Source: Gemmatimonadota bacterium
Lineage (GTDB): Bacteria > Gemmatimonadota > Gemmatimonadetes > Gemmatimonadales > GWC2-71-9
DNA length: 64,000 bases
Assembly: GCA_036679605.1 (NCBI GenBank)
Contig: JAZDCZ010000254.1
Location: forward strand, 32,001 to 96,000
Direction: 5' to 3'
This document shows positions 39,411-47,474 of the stretch, piece after piece. A model generated the notes under the pieces. That model ran no database searches, was not told the origin of the DNA, and worked only from the letters and a program-made list of their open reading frames with translations. Position 1 is the stretch's first letter. Each line of letters opens with the position of its first letter. Position numbers and translations under genes: made by a program.

Positions 39411-39904
39411 CTATATCTGGGAGCACCGGTCCCCTCGTGGGTCCCCGTCTGAGGGCCTTGCGCCGGCGTAATAGACTATCCCTCAAGGAGTTGGCGGAGA
39501 AGATCGGCAGCAGCGTCTCGGCGATCCATCGCTACGAGAGCGGCTGGGGGCGATTCGAGCTGCGCACCCTGCAGCGTCTAGCCGCCGCGCTCGATGCCCG
39601 GCTGGACATCCGGCTCGAGCCGCTTCATCCTGAAAGCTCCGATGGCCGTGCATCGCCGGCTCAACTCGTCCGGACCCTGCGGTCGCTCTTCTGGGACGTC
39701 GAGCTGAAGCCCGAACACCTGGACGATAATCCGCAATGGGTCCTGCGCCGGGTTCTGCGATTCGGCGATTGGCATGCCGTGCGACAGGCACGAATGCATT
39801 TCGGCGACGATGCGGTCCGTGACGCGGCAGCCCACCGTTCCATGGATGCCCGTACCCGCCGGCTGTGGCAGGTGATCCTGGGTCCGACCCGGGACCAGCC
39901 ATGA
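39404..39904 (+). CDS. XRE HTH fused to DUF6922-like domain, putative antitoxin, module D
   Basis: LSLKELAEKIGSSVSAIHRYESG; LFWDV...WVLRRVLRFGDW. Confidence 0.8.
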   Translation: MRTISGSTGPLVGPRLRALRRRNRLSLKELAEKIGSSVSAIHRYESGWGRFELRTLQRLAAALDARLDIRLEPLHPESSDGRASPAQLVRTLRSLFWDVELKPEHLDDNPQWVLRRVLRFGDWHAVRQARMHFGDDAVRDAAAHRSMDARTRRLWQVILGPTRDQP

Positions 39905-40521
39905 ATCCGCGCGTCCTGCCCCAGGAGGCCTGGAAGCTCGTGCGCCAGCTCGACGGGGCGGTACTGCTTGAGCCCTGGATCCTCGCGGAGGGAACCGGCT
40001 TGGCCTTGCAGCTCGGTCACCGAGTCTCCATCGATCTCGATTTCTTCATCGAAGACAGGTTCGACGTCGGCGCGTTGCGGAGATCACTCGCCGATCTCGG
40101 CGCACTGGAAATCCAATACCAAGACGAGAACACGCTGCATGTCCGACTGAACGAGATTCGCCTGAGCTATCTGTTTTCGGAAGCACCGTTTCTTTGTCCG
40201 CCCCTCGAATATCGCGGCCTGCGATTGGCGGATCCTCGGGACATCGCCGCGATGAAGATCATCGCCATCGCCGGGCGGGGAAGCCGCAAGGATTTCGTCG
40301 ACCTGTACGCCTATCTAGAGGCTGGCGGTGATTTCCCGGGATTGATGGAAATTGTTCGACGTCGCCATACGAACGTCTCGTTCAACGAGATCCATCTGCT
40401 CCGGAGCCTGGTCTACTTCGAGGATGCCGAGCAGGAGCCGATGCCGCGGATGCTCCACAAGGTCGACTGGCCGGAGATTCGGGCTCGACTCGAGGAAGAG
40501 GTTCGGCGTTGGGCGCCTTAG
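39901..40521 (+). CDS. AbiEii/AbiGii-family nucleotidyltransferase, module D (GG motif changed to EG)
   Basis: LAEGTGLALQLGHRVSIDLDFF, DIAAMKIIAIAGRGSRKDFVDLY, SLVYFEDAE; ATGA overlap. Confidence 0.85.
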   Translation: MNPRVLPQEAWKLVRQLDGAVLLEPWILAEGTGLALQLGHRVSIDLDFFIEDRFDVGALRRSLADLGALEIQYQDENTLHVRLNEIRLSYLFSEAPFLCPPLEYRGLRLADPRDIAAMKIIAIAGRGSRKDFVDLYAYLEAGGDFPGLMEIVRRRHTNVSFNEIHLLRSLVYFEDAEQEPMPRMLHKVDWPEIRARLEEEVRRWAP

Positions 40522-43424
40522 TGCGAGTTCGGGCGAGGCATGCCTTGCCCTGTACTACCTCCGCTCACAGGCCGTGTCTTCTCTTCGACCGGCTCTAGCC
40601 CTAGAGTTTTTCCTTTGTCCACTGCCGGCACACCTTCCGCGAGCCACACAGGAGCCGGCGCGTCCTTCAGGTAGTGATCGAAGAACTGCTGCATCCGCAT
40701 CGCCCAGTCCTTCTTGTTCTGATATTTCCTGAGCCCGTGCGGCTCTCCATTGTAATTCAACAGCCAAACCGGCTTGCCGAGCCTCCGCAGAGCAACGAAG
40801 AACTCGATGCCCTGGTACCACGGCACCGCGGTATCCTTGTCGTTATGCATCATGAGCACCGGAGTTTCGATCTTGTCCGCCCAGAAGAGCGGTGAGTTTT
40901 CGATGTAACGCGGCCTCGCCTCCCAGAGAGAGCCGCCTAGACGACTCTGGGTGCGCTCATACTGGAACATGCGGCTCATTCCACTGCCCCATCTGATTCC
41001 GCCATAGGCGCTGGTCATGTTGGCGACTGGCGCTCCAGCCTCGGCGGCCGTGAATATGTTGGTGCGGGTAACGAGGTAAGCGATCTGATACCCTCCCCAA
41101 CTATGCCCCTGTACACCTATGCGCTCGGGATCGACAAACCCCTGGTCGACAACACTCAAGACACCGGGAACCACACAGTTGAGCGCGCTCTCGCCGGGAT
41201 AGCCGTCCCGATAGTGGATATCCGGAATAAACACGACGTAGCCGCGACTCACATAGAAGCTGATGTTGATGCTCGAGCTGCCCGCTATGGGACCGCGGTA
41301 CCTGTGCAGCGTATTCGACATCTTCTCATAGAAATAAACCATCATCGGGTATTTCTTGGATGGATCGAAATCGTCGGGCTTGAAGAGAATGCCATCGAGC
41401 GGCAAACCATCGGTGGAGTTCCAGTGCACCAACTCGGCCGCGCCCCAGAGGTACTCCGACTGTTGCGGATTGGCATCGCTGATCTGATGCATATCGGCGA
41501 ACGACTGGTCCGTGACCCAAAGGTTGGGAAACTCCTCAAAGCTCTGCCTGGTCAACATCAGGGCATCTGAATCGTCGGCTCTGCGTGGGAAGCCGAAGGA
41601 CCGATCCATCATGACCAACCGCTTCGGAGGTCGGTTACCTCGCACCCTGTCTCTATAGAATCCGGCATCTTTGGAGCCGAGATGCAACGCGCGCAACAAC
41701 ATCGGATCTCGTTCGGAGATCGATTCCTCGTCAGGATCCAGCCGCACGTATCGGAACTGCACGTTCTGATCACGTCCGACCCCTTCGGTCACGTTCCGCG
41801 GCGCCGCACGACCCCTCGGATCAACGGCCCAAATGTCGTGCTTGTCGTAGACGAGGAACTGCTTGTCATCGTCCGTCCAACCCGCATTCCCGTAGGAGTT
41901 CGGGATCATCGGCCGGTCTGCAAGCGCGTCGTCAACCCGATAGGGGATCTGACCCGTGAGGTTCACCGGTTCGCCCCCGGCTACCGCGCGAGCGAACCAG
42001 GCCAACTCATGACCGTCCCACCACGTGATGAAATCTCCGTCAGGAGAGAGGCTGGCTCTGCCTTGCAGCTTCTCTGCGACCAGATCGTTCTCACCGGTTT
42101 CGACATTCACTACATAGACTTCGTTGTATCGCGGCGAATCCCACGAGATTTGCTGTCGGTAGCGAAAGTTGGTTACGGCGAGCCCGACGTCCGCATCGCC
42201 CTCACTTGCAATCGTAACGGTCGGCATGTGCACATGAGCCAACTGTACGATCCGCATGTCGCCGAGGTGGACGACCGCCCGATAGCTTCGCTTTAGTTCA
42301 TCATCACGCTGAAGCAGCTGCATGGGCTGAAGTAAAGGGTCCTGCCAGTTCCAGACGTCGACTTCGACCTTCTCGTACTCCGGCGTTTCTTCATCGGGTT
42401 TTGGATCTGGCCGTGGAGCCGTCCCAAAAAACAGTCGTCTACCGTTGTCGGAGAACGACGGCGCTCCGTTCTCACTCACCCACCAGTCATCCTCGATTCC
42501 GGGGCTGCTCTCGGTTGCGGCTGCGCTCGCCGAGTCGCTGTCGTCGCGCCAGCGATACAGGGTAAACGACGGCTGATCGGCGCTGTAGTCATCCCGGTTC
42601 GACAAAAAGGCCGCCTGCTTACCTTCGGTATCTAACGTGGGGGATTTGTAGACGCCCTCGCCTGAGAGTAGGGTCGATATCGAACCCTCAGAGACTTTCA
42701 CCACGTATACACCGTCCGCAGTGCCGTCTTTGCTCGACGCAGCATAGACCAAACTCTTGCCGTTCTCGGAGAACTCATACTCAGTGGCGCTCTCGAATTT
42801 CTGTTCGGCGCCCGAAGCCAGGTTCCGCAATACCAGGACAGTGCCTTCCTTCTTTTCGGATTTCTTCTTCTTGGCCTTTTCCTCCTCAGTACCCTCTTCA
42901 GCGGCTTCTTCCTCTTTCTTTTCCTCGGAGTTCTTGACGCTGTCTTTCTTCGCCTCGACCTTCTCGAGAAGGTAGGCAACCCACCCGCCGGCTTCTTCCG
43001 GCAGCTTGAACGACTTGACACGCTCGATGCGCGTCACCTCGCCCGTGGCAAGATCCAGCACGCCGAGTGAGTCCTTGGGCTGCTGATCGGGCTTCTTCTT
43101 TTCCTTCTTGGCCTCGCGCACCAGCGCCAACTCAGGCTTGATGGAAAACACCACGAACCTGCTGTCGTCGGTAAAGCGTGCCGCACGGCCCCTTGGGACC
43201 ACATACGATGCGTCAGTGTTCGCACCGGTGACGTGTAGCTGGGCGTCTCCTTCCTGTGGAACCAGCGAGTAGAGAACCCACGCTCCATTGCCTGCGATCC
43301 GCTGTTCCTGGATCCGGTTCCAGTCGTCGTAAACGCTATGATCGAGGGGCCGTTTGGCCTGCGCCCAAGCCAGGCTGGGAAGCGTAATAACGGCTGTCGC
43401 TACGAAGATGATTGTACGGTGCAT
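40518..43424 (-). CDS. S9 prolyl oligopeptidase / DPP-IV-like secreted peptidase
   Basis: GHSWGG nucleophile, HNDKDTAV, EPHG triad; propeller repeats; signal peptide. Confidence 0.92.
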   Translation of the reverse strand: MHRTIIFVATAVITLPSLAWAQAKRPLDHSVYDDWNRIQEQRIAGNGAWVLYSLVPQEGDAQLHVTGANTDASYVVPRGRAARFTDDSRFVVFSIKPELALVREAKKEKKKPDQQPKDSLGVLDLATGEVTRIERVKSFKLPEEAGGWVAYLLEKVEAKKDSVKNSEEKKEEEAAEEGTEEEKAKKKKSEKKEGTVLVLRNLASGAEQKFESATEYEFSENGKSLVYAASSKDGTADGVYVVKVSEGSISTLLSGEGVYKSPTLDTEGKQAAFLSNRDDYSADQPSFTLYRWRDDSDSASAAATESSPGIEDDWWVSENGAPSFSDNGRRLFFGTAPRPDPKPDEETPEYEKVEVDVWNWQDPLLQPMQLLQRDDELKRSYRAVVHLGDMRIVQLAHVHMPTVTIASEGDADVGLAVTNFRYRQQISWDSPRYNEVYVVNVETGENDLVAEKLQGRASLSPDGDFITWWDGHELAWFARAVAGGEPVNLTGQIPYRVDDALADRPMIPNSYGNAGWTDDDKQFLVYDKHDIWAVDPRGRAAPRNVTEGVGRDQNVQFRYVRLDPDEESISERDPMLLRALHLGSKDAGFYRDRVRGNRPPKRLVMMDRSFGFPRRADDSDALMLTRQSFEEFPNLWVTDQSFADMHQISDANPQQSEYLWGAAELVHWNSTDGLPLDGILFKPDDFDPSKKYPMMVYFYEKMSNTLHRYRGPIAGSSSINISFYVSRGYVVFIPDIHYRDGYPGESALNCVVPGVLSVVDQGFVDPERIGVQGHSWGGYQIAYLVTRTNIFTAAEAGAPVANMTSAYGGIRWGSGMSRMFQYERTQSRLGGSLWEARPRYIENSPLFWADKIETPVLMMHNDKDTAVPWYQGIEFFVALRRLGKPVWLLNYNGEPHGLRKYQNKKDWAMRMQQFFDHYLKDAPAPVWLAEGVPAVDKGKTLGLEPVEEKTRPVSGGSTGQGMPRPNSH
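40524..40555. repeat. REP-like palindrome; first 20 bp identical to 26429-26448
   Basis: cgagttcgggcgaggcatgccttgccctgtac; hairpin gggcgaggca/tgccttgccc. Confidence 0.7.
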
Positions 43425-43572
43425 GGAGTTCTCCCTACTGCATGTATTGGTGTCGCTAACCCGTTCCTCCGCCCTACCGGTACTGCCCAAGCTACTCGCC
43501 ATCCCCCACACACTCAACCTGACAACACGGATCTAGCAACGACTAGTTCCCAAATCTATTTATCTTGTCTAG

Positions 43573-44484
43573 ATGACTTCACTTCTTCGCACCTTGTTGT
43601 TAGTCCTATGCCTTGGAGCCTGGGCCAATCCAAGCGACAAATCGCCGGCGCCGACCGAGCTGACTTGGACGCCCGTACAGCCGAGCCAAGGCGAGTTCAT
43701 ACACCTCGAGATCCGGCCACCAGAGGAGTCGCAAGCGGCCGGTAGGATCGCGGTCCGCGGCTATCTTGCCGGGCAGCCGCTCCACTTCGAGCGGGGTCGA
43801 GAAGGAGGGTTTCATGCCCTCGCCGGCGTTCCGGTCAACGCCGGCGACAGCGTCAAGCTGACATACATGATCGAACGCAGCGGACAAATAGTCGAGCGGG
43901 GAGTAACCCAGATCCCTGTAGAGCGACGGGTGTTTTCCGTGGCCCAACTCTCAGTAGACCCCCGTTTCGTAGAACCGCCGGACTCGGCGCTTGCAGTCCG
44001 CATTGCACGGGAGAATAGATCCGCCGGCGCGGTCTCTCGGCGCTCGCATAGCACTCCACGACTGTGGCTCGGCGAGTTCGCACTGCCGCGTGATTCCCGG
44101 ATTACCAGCGAGTATGGTCAGCGGCGCGAGTTCAACGGGGAACTGCGCAACAGACACATGGGTCTCGATCTGGCAGGCGACTTCGGCTCGACCGTACTGG
44201 CCGCCAATCGCGGTGTGGTAGCACTCATCGGAGAGTTCTACTACGCCGGCAACGTCATATACGTCGATCACGGCCGGGGCCTGGTGACAGCCTATCTCCA
44301 CATGAGCGAAATCGAGGTAGCCGTCGGTGACACCGTGCGGCAGGGCCAAGAAATCGGGAAGGTAGGTGCTTCTGGTCGTGTGACCGGTCCGCACCTGCAC
44401 TGGATCGCCCGCTACGGATCGATAACCGTAAATCCGCTCAGTCTATTCAAACTGGAATTGGATGAGTGGGATGGTGGAGGGTAG
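43573..44484 (+). CDS. M23 family metallopeptidase
   Basis: HMGLDL, TAYLHM, GPHLHW; signal peptide. Confidence 0.92.
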   Translation: MTSLLRTLLLVLCLGAWANPSDKSPAPTELTWTPVQPSQGEFIHLEIRPPEESQAAGRIAVRGYLAGQPLHFERGREGGFHALAGVPVNAGDSVKLTYMIERSGQIVERGVTQIPVERRVFSVAQLSVDPRFVEPPDSALAVRIARENRSAGAVSRRSHSTPRLWLGEFALPRDSRITSEYGQRREFNGELRNRHMGLDLAGDFGSTVLAANRGVVALIGEFYYAGNVIYVDHGRGLVTAYLHMSEIEVAVGDTVRQGQEIGKVGASGRVTGPHLHWIARYGSITVNPLSLFKLELDEWDGGG

Positions 44485-44496
44485 GAGAGTTGTGAG

Positions 44497-44570
44497 TATT
44501 AGGTGCCAGCGTGTGATCAGTAGGGGCCGGCGTGTGAACAGTTGGGGCGACGCATGCGTCGCCCCTACTG
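44497..44570. repeat. REP-like element: two 21-nt half units followed by a palindrome; possible bidirectional terminator
   Basis: tattaggtgccagcgtgtgat / cagtaggggccggcgtgtgaa / cagttggggcgacgcatgcgtcgcccctactg, between convergent genes. Confidence 0.7.
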
Positions 44571-44572
44571 AT

Positions 44573-45433
44573 TCACGGTTGCAGGTGCTTATAAAGCACT
44601 CGAATCATCCGGTACGCCTCCGGATAGGTGTCGGCTGAAAAACCGACGGTGTTGGCATCTACGCGATCCACACCCACGATCCCCTCGGCCACATCCGCAC
44701 TGACCGACGATCGGTATTCCAATTCGACCCTGAACGGGCTAGTCACCGATGGCTGCCTTGGCGGATTTTCACGTAGAGCCCGCTCGACACCACGCGCTAT
44801 GGCTGCGTGTGCCGAATCGGGTGACAAGGTGCGCACGGCCCGGTCCCAAATGCCGACCTTCACGCTCACCCCGCCCACACCCGGCACCAACTCACGCTGC
44901 TGTTTCACCGACAGGCTATCACCGCTGATAAACACCACCGGGACACCGTACCAGGCAGCGTACAATGAGTTCATGCCACTCTCGCCCACCGACGTGCCGT
45001 TGATGCGCAGGTCAGCCACGCGGCCCGAGCCCGTGTGCGCTGCGAATCCTCCAGCGCTCCCGGCCTTGCCGTGATAGCCGATGAAGAGGACCGCAGCAAA
45101 CGAGCTATCCAACCCTTGCATCATGCCGTACGGTTTCAAGTCACCGCGATACAGCACGACGCGCGAATCCAATCGGTCTTGCAAGAGATTCTGATGCGAC
45201 CCATGCGCATCGTTCACCACTACTCGCGTCGCTCCCGCGGCAAACGCACCGGCTACCGCAGCGTTCACCTCGCCTGTCATGAGAGCACGCCCCATCCCGT
45301 CATTGGTTGCACTGAGGCCCGCGACACCCTCCATATCTGCCGAGATGTATACGGCCATCTCGCGGCTCTGGCCCTGCAGTAGCAAGACCGAACTCACCAA
45401 ACTAATAAAAAGTGGAAATATCGATCGCGTCAT
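44573..45433 (-). CDS. M55 family D-aminopeptidase (DppA-like) with signal peptide
   Basis: YISADMEGVAG, VNDAHG, FIGYHGKAG, AHT, GESG, ISGD. Confidence 0.9.
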   Translation of the reverse strand: MTRSIFPLFISLVSSVLLLQGQSREMAVYISADMEGVAGLSATNDGMGRALMTGEVNAAVAGAFAAGATRVVVNDAHGSHQNLLQDRLDSRVVLYRGDLKPYGMMQGLDSSFAAVLFIGYHGKAGSAGGFAAHTGSGRVADLRINGTSVGESGMNSLYAAWYGVPVVFISGDSLSVKQQRELVPGVGGVSVKVGIWDRAVRTLSPDSAHAAIARGVERALRENPPRQPSVTSPFRVELEYRSSVSADVAEGIVGVDRVDANTVGFSADTYPEAYRMIRVLYKHLQP

Positions 45434-45448
45434 TGTTTGACCTCTCCT

Positions 45449-46063
45449 TTAAACCACGGGATTGCTCAGCACTCCGACCCCCGGAATCTCCACTGCCACT
45501 ATATCTCCAGCCTCGAGCGGCCCCACGCCCGCCGGTGTGCCGGTAGCGATCAGGTCGCCCTCTTCCAACGTCATGATATGCGAGATGTAGGAAATGATTC
45601 GAGCCAAGTCGAACGCCATCTCCGAAGCGCGGCCTCGTTGGCGTTCTACACCATTCACGCGACAGATCACCTCAAGTTCGTCCATCGACACCAGATCGCC
45701 GAGCGGCACCACTCGCGGACCGACCGGACAGAACGTGTCGAACCCCTTGGCGCGAGTCCACTGGTCGTCCCTCCGCTGTAGATCTCTTGCAGTAACGTCA
45801 TTTACACAAGTGACGCCGGCAACACCCGCCAGAGCCTCCCCTTCCCCAACCGCACGCAACCGGCGGCCGATAACCAGCCCGATCTCTCCTTCGTGTTCGA
45901 CCCGATGCGACGCGCGCGCCAAGACGATGGCCTCGCCCGGCCCGATCACCGCCGACGGCGGCTTGAGGAATATGAGAGGCTCCTCCGGGACCGTATTGCC
46001 GAGTTCCGCGGCGTGGTCGAAGTAGTTGCGGCCAATGCACACGATCTTGCCAGGACGTTGCAC
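45449..46063 (-). CDS. Fumarylacetoacetate hydrolase family protein
   Basis: [40 protein letters not shown]. Confidence 0.93.
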   Translation of the reverse strand: MQRPGKIVCIGRNYFDHAAELGNTVPEEPLIFLKPPSAVIGPGEAIVLARASHRVEHEGEIGLVIGRRLRAVGEGEALAGVAGVTCVNDVTARDLQRRDDQWTRAKGFDTFCPVGPRVVPLGDLVSMDELEVICRVNGVERQRGRASEMAFDLARIISYISHIMTLEEGDLIATGTPAGVGPLEAGDIVAVEIPGVGVLSNPVV

Positions 46064-46078
46064 GGATTTCCACCTCCG

Positions 46079-46777
46079 TCAGTCTGATGAATCCGGCGTC
46101 ATCGAATCCAGAACCGGATACAATATTCGCCACACATTCGCGGCTAGTATTCTGTGCCCCGCTGCGGTGGGGTGGATCCCATCGGCCTGATTCAGCTCCT
46201 CGACTCCACCTACACCGTCCAATAGGAACGGAACTAGTGCCACATCGTTGGCTTGTGCAAGATCGACAAAGACCTTGCGGAAATCACCCGTGTAGTCCCG
46301 CCCCATATTCGGAAGCGCCTCCATTCCGACAATCACGATTTTCGCTTTCGGGTATTCTGCCTTGGTCCGATCGACAATGGCTTGCAGGTTGTTCGAGAGT
46401 GCCGCGATACTCTGACCGCGGAGTCCGTCGTTAGCACCAAGCTCCAGGACCAACACGGAAACAGGCTGGCGCAAAAGCCAATCGATTCTGCTCAGTCCTC
46501 CTGCCGACGTGCCGCCGCTCTCGCCGGCATTGACCACGCGATAAGACAGTCCGAGCGAATCGATCATCTGTTGAAGCAGCGACGGATACGCCTGCTCTAC
46601 CTCCACGCCCAGGCCCGCGGTCAAGCTCGTTCCCAAGAAGAGGATCGCTTGCCTACTATCCGTTGCCCGGGTCGCGGACACCGCCGGTACAGATTCCGGT
46701 CGATCTGAATCCGGAGATCCGCATGCAACCGCACTCGCCAGCGCAATCGATATTGGTAGTATCTTGTTATTCACCAT
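46079..46777 (-). CDS. tesA: Arylesterase / acyl-CoA thioesterase I (SGNH), lipoprotein
   Basis: FLGTSLTAG, NAGESG, ELGAND, DGIHP; lipobox AVAC; divergent from ybbA. Confidence 0.85.
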   Translation of the reverse strand: MVNNKILPISIALASAVACGSPDSDRPESVPAVSATRATDSRQAILFLGTSLTAGLGVEVEQAYPSLLQQMIDSLGLSYRVVNAGESGGTSAGGLSRIDWLLRQPVSVLVLELGANDGLRGQSIAALSNNLQAIVDRTKAEYPKAKIVIVGMEALPNMGRDYTGDFRKVFVDLAQANDVALVPFLLDGVGGVEELNQADGIHPTAAGHRILAANVWRILYPVLDSMTPDSSD

Positions 46778-47474
46778 GATCATAGCTGACAATCTCGCGC
46801 AAACGTACACCAGCGGCGGCAAGCCTCTCAAGGTTCTGTCCGGCGTGTCTCTCACGGTCGAGCCGGAAGGGTTCATAGCCATAGTAGGCCCCTCCGGCAG
46901 TGGCAAGACCACACTCCTCGGGCTGCTGGCCGGACTCGACCAGCCTACCTCCGGCACCGTCGCCCTGGATGGTCAAGATTTGGGCCTCCTCACAGAAGAC
47001 GAGCGTGCCAGGTTCCGGGCCGAAAAGGTCGGATTCGTATTCCAAAACTTCCAGTTGATCCCCACGCTGACCGCGCTCGAAAACGTCCTCGTACCTGTTG
47101 AGCTACGCCGGTCGCTCGACCATCAGGGTGATGGAGATGCGACGGAGCGAGCCCAAAACCTACTCGATCGCGTGGGGCTGGGCGACCGCGAGAGTCACTA
47201 TCCTTCTCAGTTGTCAGGTGGCGAACAGCAACGTGTGGCTGTCGCGCGGGCGTTTGCCAATCAACCTCGCATATTATTCGCGGACGAGCCGACCGGCAAT
47301 CTGGACGCCGAGACGGGACAACGCGTGATCGACCTGCTCGTCCGTCTCAACGCCGAAGAGAAAACAACCCTGGTGCTCGTCACGCACGACACAGAATTGG
47401 CGGCCCGCGCCACACGCATTGTAAGGCTTGCCGGTGGCCGCATCGTCTCCGACCGCGCCGAGGACGGATTATGA
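46776..47474 (+). CDS. ybbA: ABC transporter ATP-binding protein (YbbA/LolD-like)
   Basis: GPSGSGKTT, LSGGEQQRV, FADEPTGNLD; tesA-ybbA-ybbP synteny. Confidence 0.88.
   Translation: MIIADNLAQTYTSGGKPLKVLSGVSLTVEPEGFIAIVGPSGSGKTTLLGLLAGLDQPTSGTVALDGQDLGLLTEDERARFRAEKVGFVFQNFQLIPTLTALENVLVPVELRRSLDHQGDGDATERAQNLLDRVGLGDRESHYPSQLSGGEQQRVAVARAFANQPRILFADEPTGNLDAETGQRVIDLLVRLNAEEKTTLVLVTHDTELAARATRIVRLAGGRIVSDRAEDGL

Noticed and set aside
46775..46778. Divergent start codons overlapping in CATG (tesA/ybbA)
   Set aside because: Real, but the head-to-head overlapping tesA-ybbA arrangement is already known from E. coli.
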